DNA of 64,000 nt from an uncultured virus (IMG/VR IMGVR_UViG_3300042898_001580) (taxonomy: Duplodnaviria > Heunggongvirae > Uroviricota > Caudoviricetes > Crassvirales). This document shows positions 17,205 through 26,813 of the stretch, one piece after another. The notes under the pieces were generated by a model, which did not search any database, was not told the DNA's origin, and was given only the letters and a program-made list of their open reading frames with translations. Where the stretch lies: the IMG/VR virus record IMGVR_UViG_3300042898_001580. The stretch is one strand, 5' to 3'. Position numbers and translations under genes: made by a program. Within the stretch, counting starts at the first letter, position 1, and each line of letters starts with the position of its first letter.

Positions 17205-17639
17205 ATGAGTAAATGGTATTATAATGGGAAGCCTATAACTCCTGAAGATATTCCAGAATGGGCATGTGGATTTATCTACAAAATTACACATACATCAGGT
17301 AGGATATACATAGGAAAAAAGCTTCTACAAGCTAAGAGACGTACTAAAATATCTAAGAAGGAGAAAGTAGCTACTAAGACTAGAAAGACCTTTAAAACTA
17401 CTGTAAAGCAGTCTAATTGGGAAACATATTTTGGCTCAAACAAGGAAATTTCTGCTATGATTGTTGAAGGTAAAGAAAGTGAGTTTAAAAGAGAAATACT
17501 AGAATTTTGCCATAGTAAACAACATCTCTCGTATAGAGAAATGGTGGTGCAGGTGCAGTATGATGTACTTAGTACAGATGCATTTAATGGTAATATAATG
17601 GCACGGTTTTTCAAGGGGATTAATAATAGAAAAGAATAG
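17205..17639 (+). CDS. GIY-YIG family nuclease
   Basis: GFIYKIT...YIGKK...YFGS...FKREILE...NGNI. Confidence 0.8.
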   Translation: MSKWYYNGKPITPEDIPEWACGFIYKITHTSGRIYIGKKLLQAKRRTKISKKEKVATKTRKTFKTTVKQSNWETYFGSNKEISAMIVEGKESEFKREILEFCHSKQHLSYREMVVQVQYDVLSTDAFNGNIMARFFKGINNRKE

Positions 17640-17909
17640 ATGATAGAGATAAAGCAAGAGCTTAAAGACCTTATTGTGGTTACATATGGATATGAGGTGC
17701 TAGATATGTTAGCTACAGCTCCTTATAGAGATGTAGCAGATTATTTAAAGAGTAGAATGAATGAGTTAAAGCCAGATTGTGATTTTGAAGAGGTAAAAGA
17801 TATAACTGTTTGGGCAAGTGATTTAGATGGTTATAAAAGAAGGGCATACATATATCATACGTATGTTTCTACTGTTTTAAAATATGAATTTGGAGATTCT
17901 TTAAAGTAA
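17640..17909 (+). CDS. Hypothetical protein
   Basis: 89-aa ORF in operon. Confidence 0.6.
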   Translation: MIEIKQELKDLIVVTYGYEVLDMLATAPYRDVADYLKSRMNELKPDCDFEEVKDITVWASDLDGYKRRAYIYHTYVSTVLKYEFGDSLK

Positions 17910-17913
17910 AATT

Positions 17914-20034
17914 ATGATTATAGATAAAGAAAGTAAGGACGTAATAAAATCAGAAGAATTAAAGAGTATTAAATATAGTATAGATTCAGATAACTTTGGA
18001 CTTCTGTTTAAGATGTTACGAGATAATCTGTATCAGAATAAAGAGTATACCATCATTAGAGAATATGTAAGTAATGCTATTGATGCCCATACAGAGTATG
18101 GAGTAGATAAACCCGTAGAAATAGAATGGGTTGATGCTTCAGAATTATTAGGTATTGATACTCAGTTAATTATCAGAGACTTCGGAATAGGCTTAAGTGA
18201 AGATAGAGTAACCAATATATTTGGTAAGTACCTTAGCTCTACTAAAAGAGCTGATAATAATTCAATAGGTGGCTTTGGTATAGGAAGTAAATCAGCATTT
18301 TCTTATACAGATAGTTACTATGTAAAAACATATTATGATGGTACAGAGTATCAGTATAATTGTTATATAGATGAAGATGATTTAGGTAGTATTACTCTGA
18401 TGTTTAGTCAACCAACTGAAAGGGGAAATGGTACTGAAATTATTATACCTGTAAAACAAAGAGATAAGTATTTATTTGAACAAGCCATTACTAATCAGTT
18501 ACTATTCTGTAACATAGAGGTAAAGAATCTATCAGTAGACTTAAAGAAAGAAGTTACATACGAAGATGATGATTTTATTCTTACTAACAGAAGTGAAGAA
18601 TTACGTTTGCTGAATGGTAAAATATTATATAAAGTAGATTTACGTAATCCTCAGTTAGAAGAATTTAGTAATTTACGTAATTTAGATGGTGTTGTAGTTA
18701 AATGTAATATAGGGGAAGTAAAAGTTACTTTGTCAAGGGAAGATTTAGATTATACAGGTAAAACAATAGAGTTATTAAAAGCTAAGTTTGCCAAAGTAAA
18801 AGAGAAACTTAAGGAAGGTTATGTAGAATCTATCAAGAACTGTACAACTTTCAGAGAATTTAATAATCTTTTGGAAAAGCAGATTAAACCTAAAGTACAG
18901 ATTAATAAGTACGATAATAGTAAAATCTTTGTATGGTCTGACTTTGAAGATGTAGTGTTTAATAACTACAGACCTTTTATGCTGATAGAAGAAGGTTATT
19001 ATGCACAGATAGTTAATAAAGTAAACAGTAATTACTGGAATACTAGTTCTCGTAGAGCTTATACTTCTTCTACAAACTTTTACAGCCATCATTATGAACC
19101 TAATCTTTATACATTATATCAAGAAGATGGTGTATGGGATAAAGAAATGCAAGAATGGTTAGGGCTGAATGCAAGAGCTATAAAGGTAGATATACCTGCT
19201 ATAACTCCTAAACAAGAGTTAGTTGCTGACCTTGTGTATTTCTGCGAAGATGTAATGAAAGAAGTAGATGCTCTTCCTAAGCTAAGTGAAAAGAGAGATG
19301 AGTTTCTTACTTGGCGTAAAGAACAACGGAAGTTAGGTAAAGTAGCTAACGTAAGACAAAATGGTGTATATCCTGCTGTAGAAGTTAATTATCCACGTTG
19401 GTCTGATGATGAGGATTTAATGTGGAATAGAGCTGATGTTAAACTTAATGAAAAAGACTTTAAGGACTATGTATTTGTTGGTAACCAGGAAGATAAACCA
19501 AGATTAGATGCTTTTCTTAAGTTATGTAGAGGATTATTAGATAAGCAATACAAAGGTTATATCATTTCAGTCCCTAACACAAAACATTTTACACAAAGAA
19601 GAGCAATACACATTAAAGATGTTATGAAAGATCATCCAGTATTAAGAGAATTAGTCACCAGAGCTGTTTTAAGAGAGTTTGTTAATAAGAATGGTATAAG
19701 GAGCCAATGGGTTAAACATAATGGTTATATGAAAGTAATAAGCCCTTATTATACTAATATAATGACTAAGTTAGAGAATGTTCCTTACGCAAGATTAAAT
19801 GATTCTGACTTATTAGACGAACTTAAAGACATAGGACTTAAGAATGGTTGGTATAATAGAGATATTAATCTTGTTCATCATTATAACAACTTTATGAAAG
19901 GTGCAGAGTTATTTAAGTATGTAGAGTTAACAGCAGAATCACTACCTTTAGTAAAAGATTATTTACGAGAAAAAGGTAAGTTAAAAGAAGAAGTACCTAC
20001 AAATCAACTAAAACTAGAAGAAATCAATGATTAG
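17914..20034 (+). CDS. rIIA: RIIA-like protein (N-terminal GHKL ATPase)
   Basis: LY...IREYVSNAIDAH, IRDFGIGLS, STK, GGFGIGSKSAFSYTD, NGTEI, SREDL. Confidence 0.85.
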   Translation: MIIDKESKDVIKSEELKSIKYSIDSDNFGLLFKMLRDNLYQNKEYTIIREYVSNAIDAHTEYGVDKPVEIEWVDASELLGIDTQLIIRDFGIGLSEDRVTNIFGKYLSSTKRADNNSIGGFGIGSKSAFSYTDSYYVKTYYDGTEYQYNCYIDEDDLGSITLMFSQPTERGNGTEIIIPVKQRDKYLFEQAITNQLLFCNIEVKNLSVDLKKEVTYEDDDFILTNRSEELRLLNGKILYKVDLRNPQLEEFSNLRNLDGVVVKCNIGEVKVTLSREDLDYTGKTIELLKAKFAKVKEKLKEGYVESIKNCTTFREFNNLLEKQIKPKVQINKYDNSKIFVWSDFEDVVFNNYRPFMLIEEGYYAQIVNKVNSNYWNTSSRRAYTSSTNFYSHHYEPNLYTLYQEDGVWDKEMQEWLGLNARAIKVDIPAITPKQELVADLVYFCEDVMKEVDALPKLSEKRDEFLTWRKEQRKLGKVANVRQNGVYPAVEVNYPRWSDDEDLMWNRADVKLNEKDFKDYVFVGNQEDKPRLDAFLKLCRGLLDKQYKGYIISVPNTKHFTQRRAIHIKDVMKDHPVLRELVTRAVLREFVNKNGIRSQWVKHNGYMKVISPYYTNIMTKLENVPYARLNDSDLLDELKDIGLKNGWYNRDINLVHHYNNFMKGAELFKYVELTAESLPLVKDYLREKGKLKEEVPTNQLKLEEIND

Positions 20035-20926
20035 TTACATTGCAAGTGAACAAACAATTACCATTAACATTAATGGTGCTCCCAGGTTAATAAAGATTAA
20101 ATCTAAAGACCATAGGAATTATATTATAAGATTATTGACTGAATGTCAAAAAGAAGAAAGTGCAGAGAATTTAGAAGAATTATGGATTGCCCTTACACCT
20201 TACAAGCGTGTAGCACATAAAGTAGATGGAAGGATAGAGTATGTAGAAGATTTAGGTAAACTATTTGTTAAAGGAATAGAAAGACCTTTACCTGAAGTAC
20301 TACAAAAGCGTATTATGTCTTTCTTAGATGATGAATTGCCTATTGATGCTCTTATTAAGTTCTGGGAAAATTGTCAACTAAATCCAGAATTTAGAGCTAT
20401 TGAAGAACTTTATTTATTCTTGGAGCATAATGGCCTTCCTATTACAGATGATGGCTGCTTTGTTGCTTACAAAAAGGTAGATAAAGTGGATTATGAAGCA
20501 GAAGCCCCTGAAGAATTTGTAGGGCTTTATATAGATAAACTAGGCAACTGTCGTAATAACAAAGGACATTTTGTAGGGGGAGAAGTTAAAGAAAGGTTTA
20601 AAGCATGGGTAAATAATCCACAAGAATCTTACAAACTTGTAGACAATTACACAGGTACTTTTGATAATAGTGTAGGACAAACTGTATCTATGCCTAGAAA
20701 AGAAGTTAATAATGATAGAACTATTACGTGCTCCAACGGATTGCATTGCAGTAATTGGGATTATGCTAAAAACTATAGTGGCAATGTATTAGTAATGGTT
20801 AAAGTTAATCCCTCTGACGTGGTATCAGTGCCTTTGGACTATTCTAATAAGAAGCTCCGTTGCTGTAAGTATGTAGTTCTTGGAATTATAGATAATGAAA
20901 TGTCTGCTAAATACTTAGAAGTATAA
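20027..20926 (+). CDS. rIIB: RIIB-like protein
   Basis: NP...ELYLFL...PITDDGCFVAYK, CSNGLH, VKVNPSDVVSVP, KLRCCKY; adjacent to rIIA. Confidence 0.85.
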   Translation: MISYIASEQTITININGAPRLIKIKSKDHRNYIIRLLTECQKEESAENLEELWIALTPYKRVAHKVDGRIEYVEDLGKLFVKGIERPLPEVLQKRIMSFLDDELPIDALIKFWENCQLNPEFRAIEELYLFLEHNGLPITDDGCFVAYKKVDKVDYEAEAPEEFVGLYIDKLGNCRNNKGHFVGGEVKERFKAWVNNPQESYKLVDNYTGTFDNSVGQTVSMPRKEVNNDRTITCSNGLHCSNWDYAKNYSGNVLVMVKVNPSDVVSVPLDYSNKKLRCCKYVVLGIIDNEMSAKYLEV

Positions 20927-21876
20927 TGATTAGAGAGTTAGAACAAAAAGAGTTTAGAGAGATGGATGCCTGGAGTTATTCCAGGCTTTCTCTCTTTGCT
21001 AAAGACAGAATGTTGTATAAGAAGAAGTATGTAGATAAAGAACACATTGCTTTACCTAAGACAAGAGCTATGATTATGGGGAGCTTAGTTGATTTAATTA
21101 TTTCTAATCCTGATAAAGTAGAGGAGCAGTATATTATTAAATCTTATAAAATTCCTAAACCTCAAATGCAGAGTTATTGTGAGAACCTTTTAGAGGCAAC
21201 TTTAAATCCAGGTTTATTGTATGAAGAAACAGCAGAAGAGTATGCTTATAACAAAGTAGGATTTGGACGTAAATCAGATACTTTAATTGTTATTAGAGAA
21301 AGGTTTGAAAAAGAAGCAAGAGAATACTTTGATGTACTTTTAGAAAGTCAAGAGAAAGATATTATAACACCACAAGAGTATCAAAAAGCTCAGTATGTGT
21401 TGCAATGCTTAAAGGATAATCCTATGACCGCTTCCATATTATTGCATGATAAACAAAAGATGTATTATTCTGAATATCTTGGTGGCTGTAAGTTCTGTCC
21501 TGACTTTGTAAGTACGGGAGATAGAACCCTTGTAACTGATTTAAAGATGGTTACAAATAATCTTATGGATTTTCAGAATAACATAAAGATGTTTAACTAT
21601 GATATACAAGCTGCTTTATTTGGTACAGGAATAGGTATAGAAGAAGACCATTATAATACTAATACAATGGACTACTTTCAATTCCTTGTAGTAAATGCTT
21701 CTTACCCTGAATATCCTATGTTATGGAAAGTAAGTAAAGAAGACTTTGTAGTGGCAAAACAAAGAGTAGAAGCTTTAGCTTATGAAGCTAAAGTAAGAGA
21801 AGAAACTAATAATTGGTACTATCCTTTAGAAGGTAGTATTGTAGAAACTAAATTATATGAGCAACATAATAAATAA
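20926..21876 (+). CDS. PD-(D/E)XK exonuclease-like protein
   Basis: WSYSRL, GSLVD, PDF...TDLK, YDIQAA. Confidence 0.75.
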   Translation: MIRELEQKEFREMDAWSYSRLSLFAKDRMLYKKKYVDKEHIALPKTRAMIMGSLVDLIISNPDKVEEQYIIKSYKIPKPQMQSYCENLLEATLNPGLLYEETAEEYAYNKVGFGRKSDTLIVIRERFEKEAREYFDVLLESQEKDIITPQEYQKAQYVLQCLKDNPMTASILLHDKQKMYYSEYLGGCKFCPDFVSTGDRTLVTDLKMVTNNLMDFQNNIKMFNYDIQAALFGTGIGIEEDHYNTNTMDYFQFLVVNASYPEYPMLWKVSKEDFVVAKQRVEALAYEAKVREETNNWYYPLEGSIVETKLYEQHNK

Positions 21877-22147
21877 ATTAAAACCAGGAGATTTAATTGC
21901 TGTAGCCTATAGAAACTGTACATATCCTTCTATTTATCATAAAAATACAGGTGCTAGTGTACAATATTATGAAGTACGTAAATATACCTTACAAATTTTT
22001 AAAGAAAATGGTGTTAAGAATACGTACAAAAACTATATCAATTCTTGGGACAAAAATTACCGTGTAGTTAAAATAACAGAAGATAGTCTTACTGATGAAG
22101 ATTTAGCAATATACAAAGAAATGAAAGAAATATATGAAAGACCCTAA
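21857..22147 (+). CDS. Hypothetical protein (tandem paralog A)
   Basis: LKPGDL...KITEDSLT...KEIYE. Confidence 0.7.
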   Translation: MSNIINKLKPGDLIAVAYRNCTYPSIYHKNTGASVQYYEVRKYTLQIFKENGVKNTYKNYINSWDKNYRVVKITEDSLTDEDLAIYKEMKEIYERP

Positions 22148-22436
22148 AGATTTAAAACCAACAGATTTATGTGTGTTTGTTTGTGGTACATATAGTTACC
22201 CCGTAATATTTCACAGTCTTAGTTATAATAAAACAGGAGGTATAATAGCTGTAAGAGGGTATGGTATTACATATAATCCGCCCAAAGATAAAAAATGGTC
22301 TGATACTCAGTTTTTATGTAGGATACAGGGGCAAACGGAAAGAAAAGTTTGGAAAATTACAGAAGATTGCCTTACAGAAACACAATTAGCTAATTATAAA
22401 AGATGGAAAGAAATATATGAAGGTATTTCCGTATAA
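22134..22436 (+). CDS. Hypothetical protein (tandem paralog B)
   Basis: LKPTDL...KITEDCLT...KEIYE. Confidence 0.7.
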   Translation: MKDPKDLKPTDLCVFVCGTYSYPVIFHSLSYNKTGGIIAVRGYGITYNPPKDKKWSDTQFLCRIQGQTERKVWKITEDCLTETQLANYKRWKEIYEGISV

Positions 22437-23088
22437 TCATTCTACTTTGTTTTTACTACCAATACTTCATCTTAAAGCATCTGGTTTAGGTGTTGGTGGT
22501 CAACTATTCAAGAATACTTATATTGGAGTAGATATAGAACCTGAACTAAATAACCATTTCTTTTTGCATTACAAATACAGTCCTAAGAAAGAGTTCTTAC
22601 AACTTGAAGCAGGACTTATGGAAAGAAGAAACTTTGTTAAAGATATTCATGCAGGAGATGATATATTATATTGTTTCTCTGTTCCTGAAAACTACAAAGA
22701 AGAATATAAGTTGTTTAAAGAAGGTAAGTATAGTCAATTCAGTAATACTTATAAAATGCAAGTACTTAGGTGCTATGAATTAGGTTATGAAGACCCTTTG
22801 AGAGGATTATATATAGTTAAAGAAGAGAATCATAGAATAGATTTCTGTAATCTACTATTCCCTGTTCTTAATAAGCTAGAACCACTTAAAGAAGTTATAG
22901 AATATAATCTAAGTAACTGGACTGAAGAATTGTATTTCAGAAGTACATCTACTAAAACATTAAGTAGAGTTGATTTGGGTGACCAGGAATTATTTTCACT
23001 ACCAACTGAAAATGAAGTATATAAGTTAGAAAAGGTAAGGTATAAGAAAACAAAGATAGAATTAAACAAAAACTTTGAGAATGAGTAA
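22417..23088 (+). CDS. Phage hypothetical protein
   Basis: STLFLLP...FKEGKYSQFS pattern; 223 aa. Confidence 0.7.
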   Translation: MKVFPYNHSTLFLLPILHLKASGLGVGGQLFKNTYIGVDIEPELNNHFFLHYKYSPKKEFLQLEAGLMERRNFVKDIHAGDDILYCFSVPENYKEEYKLFKEGKYSQFSNTYKMQVLRCYELGYEDPLRGLYIVKEENHRIDFCNLLFPVLNKLEPLKEVIEYNLSNWTEELYFRSTSTKTLSRVDLGDQELFSLPTENEVYKLEKVRYKKTKIELNKNFENE

Positions 23089-23222
23089 AGAAGAATTAAT
23101 TACTGCTGTTAATGAGATAATCAAAGACAGCAGTTTCTTCAGGGAAAACGCTGAACAAGTAGTAGAATACATACTTGAGCATTTAGATGATATTAAAAGT
23201 CTCAAAGGTAAATTAGATAAAG

Positions 23223-23918
23223 ATGACAAAAGATTGGTTGATTGATAAATTTTCAGAGTCGTGGTATAATAGATTACACCATTATTTAGAGACAGATGAA
23301 TTTAAACAGTTAGGAAACCAGATAGCCTTAGAAAGAAAAACTAAGGCTATCTACCCAGCTTCCTCTGATGTGTTTAAGGCATTTAAATTATGCCCTTTTG
23401 GGGAAGTTAAGATCGTAATTTTAGGAATGGATCCATACTTTACAAGTGATGTAGCTGATGGTCTAGCATTTAGTTGTAGTTATAGTGAAGGATTACCAAG
23501 AAAAAAGATACAGCCCTCTCTTGTAAATATATTTGAAAGTCTAGAAAGAACAGTGTATAAAGGACTTTATTTAGATAAAGATCCAAACTTAGAAAGATGG
23601 GCTAAACAAGGTGTATTACTTTTAAATACAGCCCTTACAGTAGAAGCAGGTAAAGCGGAAAGTCATCTAGCTTTATGGAAAAACTTTACAAAAGAAGTAC
23701 TTAAATCTTTAAGTGAGTATAATACAGGAGTAATCTATTGTTTATGGGGGGCTAAGGCACAACAATATGAAAAGTATATTAACCCTAAGTTTAATTACAT
23801 ACTTAAAGCAAAACATCCGTCATCTGCTAGTTACACAGGTGGTACTTGGGAGTGTAATCATTTTGTAGAAATAAATAAGATACTTAAACAGAATAATAAT
23901 ACTGAAATAATATGGTAG
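23223..23918 (+). CDS. ung: Uracil-DNA glycosylase (family 1)
   Basis: ILGMDPY, GLAFS, WAKQGVLLLNTALTV, LWG, HPS. Confidence 0.93.
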   Translation: MTKDWLIDKFSESWYNRLHHYLETDEFKQLGNQIALERKTKAIYPASSDVFKAFKLCPFGEVKIVILGMDPYFTSDVADGLAFSCSYSEGLPRKKIQPSLVNIFESLERTVYKGLYLDKDPNLERWAKQGVLLLNTALTVEAGKAESHLALWKNFTKEVLKSLSEYNTGVIYCLWGAKAQQYEKYINPKFNYILKAKHPSSASYTGGTWECNHFVEINKILKQNNNTEIIW

Positions 23919-24187
23919 AACAAAATGAACTTGGAGCTATAAGAGATTTCTTTGGATTTAAGAATATGTCTATAGGTCAACTAGCTGGTATAGCTAAGTA
24001 TCAAGGAACAACTGATTATAAGTATGTATTAGGCTATAAGATTAAAGAAAAAGAGTTCTTTAAAGCACGTATATCAAGGTTTAAATGGAGTAAGTATTTT
24101 CTTGATAAGAGAGAAGCAGCCATTGCTGTAGATAAGAAGTTAATAGAAAAGGGTAAAGAACCTGTTAATATTTTGAGACGTTGTTAA
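23912..24187 (+). CDS. Small AP2-like DNA-binding protein
   Basis: YKYV...FKARI...KYF.DKREAAIAVD...GKEPVNIL. Confidence 0.6.
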   Translation: MVEQNELGAIRDFFGFKNMSIGQLAGIAKYQGTTDYKYVLGYKIKEKEFFKARISRFKWSKYFLDKREAAIAVDKKLIEKGKEPVNILRRC

Positions 24188-25396
24188 AAATCAACTTCAG
24201 AAGTCAACACTCCTACCAATGTAGGCAGCTCATTCTGATTTTTCCTACCTACTCCAGGCAAGTAATTCTTTAAGGCAAAGTTTTTAATATTAATAGCAGC
24301 ATTAATATCTCTATCATGTATAGAATTACATGACTTACAAGTCCATTCTCTATCTGATAAGGTTAATGTTTTATTAGTAGCACCACAGTTAGAACATATT
24401 TTAGAAGAAGGTTCAAATTGACCTATTCTAATTATATTTTTACCGTACCACTCAGCTTTATATTCTAACATTCTATTAAATTCAGACCAACTTACATCGG
24501 ATATTGCTTGAGCAAGTTTATGGTTTTTAATCATATTCTTCACTTTTAAAGTTTCTAAACAAATAGTATCGTGGTTCTTGATAATATCTGTAGATACCTT
24601 TTGGAGAAAATCTTTTCTTTGGTTAGCTACGTATTCATGTTGTAATCTTAATTGATGTAAGGTTCTTTTACCTTTGTATTTAGAGTACTTTTTATTTAAA
24701 TATTTAAGTTTAGATAACCCTTGTTTTAAATACTTAGGATTAGCTACTTTACCCCCTTCTGAAGTAGTTAAAAAATCTTTAATACCTAAATCTATACCAA
24801 TAGATTTATCTGGATTAATAGGCAATTTATCAGGTGTAATTTCTAATGTATCTACTAATATGCTTACAAAGTATTTATCAGTAGATGTTTTAGATATAGT
24901 AGCTGATTTTATAGTACCTTTAATTTCTAAAGACTGCTCTACTTTAATACCTTCCTTAAATTTAGGCAAATACAATTTATTTTTTAATTGGATATTTTGA
25001 CAAATATTAAAAGAATTATTGGTACGTTTATTTTTATATCTTGGATATTTTGTGTATCCTTTATAAAAAGATATAAAAGATTTTTCTAAATTTATTAAAG
25101 AAATTTGTAAGGGTTGAGAATTTACTTCTTTTAACCATGGGCACTCTTTCTTTAAATCTGGGAGCTGTTTCATTAAGGTAAACGCTCCTAAATTGGTTTT
25201 ATTAGTATTGTAAGCTATTTGTTTTACCTCTAAGCCTAAGTTATATACAAATCTACAAGCTCCAAAATGCTTATTTAAAAGTATTTCTTGTTTTTTAGTT
25301 GGATATAATCTAAATTTATAAGATTTAAACATAATAGTATAACGTGTGATTTTATAGAAAGTTACAAAAATGTATAAAAACTAAAGAAAAATGAAA
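24173..25396 (-). mobile_element. IS200/IS605-family element, tnpB only (IS1341-like); ends inferred
   Basis: Lone - strand gene in a + strand operon; 3' hairpin GTTG...CAAC then TCAA (plus-strand TTGA 24173-24176); left boundary uncertain (about 25373-25396). Confidence 0.55.
24184..25332 (-). CDS. tnpB: TnpB RNA-guided endonuclease
   Basis: YKFRLYPT HTH, GIDLG, CLETL, CSNC/CKSC zinc finger, DRDINAAINI; RuvC D-E-D intact. Confidence 0.95.
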   Translation of the reverse strand: MFKSYKFRLYPTKKQEILLNKHFGACRFVYNLGLEVKQIAYNTNKTNLGAFTLMKQLPDLKKECPWLKEVNSQPLQISLINLEKSFISFYKGYTKYPRYKNKRTNNSFNICQNIQLKNKLYLPKFKEGIKVEQSLEIKGTIKSATISKTSTDKYFVSILVDTLEITPDKLPINPDKSIGIDLGIKDFLTTSEGGKVANPKYLKQGLSKLKYLNKKYSKYKGKRTLHQLRLQHEYVANQRKDFLQKVSTDIIKNHDTICLETLKVKNMIKNHKLAQAISDVSWSEFNRMLEYKAEWYGKNIIRIGQFEPSSKICSNCGATNKTLTLSDREWTCKSCNSIHDRDINAAINIKNFALKNYLPGVGRKNQNELPTLVGVLTSEVDF

Positions 25397-25421
25397 TTAA
25401 AAAAACTTGGACAACATAAAC

Positions 25422-25652
25422 ATGTTTAAAATAGAACTAGAAGCAGAACCATTTAATAAAGAACTTTATTTCTCAGGTTTTGCAGAAATAGCAGATACTC
25501 AATATAACTTTGTACTTACTCATAGTGATAATGGTACTTTTGAGGTAGAATTTATGGATGAAGAAGCTATAGAAACAGAGTTATTTGAGTATGAAATAAA
25601 AGAATTAAGAGAAGCAATCATAAATAAATATAAGAATGAAGTTAGAAACTAA
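25422..25652 (+). CDS. Acidic hypothetical protein
   Basis: ATG 25422 (MFKIELE). Confidence 0.6.
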   Translation: MFKIELEAEPFNKELYFSGFAEIADTQYNFVLTHSDNGTFEVEFMDEEAIETELFEYEIKELREAIINKYKNEVRN

Positions 25653-26037
25653 GTTTTCTATAGGGGATTATGTATATATTATTCATAAACACGGTCAAAA
25701 TAAACATGTTCCATGCAAAACTTGTGGAGGTAAAGGTGGAATAACTTTTGAGGGTAATCGTTTTGAATGTGTAAATTGTTATGGTAATGGAGGAAAGGAT
25801 GAGTGGATTCCTGAAAAATGGCAAGTAACACATAAAAAGACTAAAGTAGGAAATGTTCGTGTAGAAATGTATGATGAAAAGTATTATACAGAAAATCCCG
25901 AAAAGAGAGAAAAGCAAATTTCATATATGGTATCTAGTACTGGAATAGGTAGTGGTTCTATATGGTACGAAAAAGAAATATTTAAAACACTTAAAGAAGC
26001 TGAGGCTGAATGTAAAAAAAGAAATTTATTATTATGA
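25636..26037 (+). CDS. Protein with DnaJ-like zinc finger
   Basis: CKTCGGKG and CVNCYGNG. Confidence 0.7.
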   Translation: MKLETKFSIGDYVYIIHKHGQNKHVPCKTCGGKGGITFEGNRFECVNCYGNGGKDEWIPEKWQVTHKKTKVGNVRVEMYDEKYYTENPEKREKQISYMVSSTGIGSGSIWYEKEIFKTLKEAEAECKKRNLLL

Positions 26038-26240
26038 TACTAGAACTTAGACAACCATTAGAAGCTGAAACAAGTTTAGGTGATGTATGGTTAATACTAT
26101 TTATAGACTATGGCCCATTAGAGAATAGTGTGTTTGTTGGAGTAGTTAAATCTTCAGGAGAAGTAAAACATTTTTCTTCAAATCAGGTAAAGTTGTTAAA
26201 AAATTGTACATTTGATATAAGAAATAAACTTGAGCTGTAA
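26034..26240 (+). CDS. Hypothetical protein
   Basis: 68-aa ORF coupled to neighbours. Confidence 0.65.
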   Translation: MILELRQPLEAETSLGDVWLILFIDYGPLENSVFVGVVKSSGEVKHFSSNQVKLLKNCTFDIRNKLEL

Positions 26241-26605
26241 TGAAACCTTTAGAATTTAATGTTGAAGAAAAGGTATATTATTTACATGAAGATGATTGGT
26301 TTAAAGGTAGACAAAAATTAAAGAAAATGACGTTTCAAGAATTTAAAGAAAAGTTTAACCCTCTGATTCTCAATGAGTCAGAGGTAGGACTTAAACAGTT
26401 ATATGTACCTAGTACTTGGCCTGAAGCTAAAGTATTATTAGCACATCCTACCAAGTGTATATGGACAATAATAAAGGAAGATGGTAAATTATATTTACGT
26501 AATGATTTACATTTCCATAATAAGGTAGCTAACATTATATGTGCTAATATATGTAATGAACCAAGAGAAACTTATAAAATAGAAATAGATGAAAAAGAGT
26601 CTTGA
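26240..26605 (+). CDS. Hypothetical protein
   Basis: 121-aa ORF, TAATG coupling. Confidence 0.65.
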   Translation: MKPLEFNVEEKVYYLHEDDWFKGRQKLKKMTFQEFKEKFNPLILNESEVGLKQLYVPSTWPEAKVLLAHPTKCIWTIIKEDGKLYLRNDLHFHNKVANIICANICNEPRETYKIEIDEKES

Positions 26606-26813
26606 TAAAAATTTCTTTGAAGCTCCTTCAGAAATTCAATCTGCCGCAATTAGAAGTACTTATGGAACAGGTATATCCTTTACAGAATATAAGAGATTAG
26701 TACTTACATATCCTGAATGGTTTGATAAAGATGAAGTTAAACACATACAAAAATTAAAAGATGAAGAAATTAATAATACTGATAATACTAACAATAAGTC
26801 TACAGAGCTGTAG
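26589..26813 (+). CDS. Hypothetical protein
   Basis: 74-aa ORF overlapping neighbours. Confidence 0.55.
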   Translation: MKKSLDKNFFEAPSEIQSAAIRSTYGTGISFTEYKRLVLTYPEWFDKDEVKHIQKLKDEEINNTDNTNNKSTEL

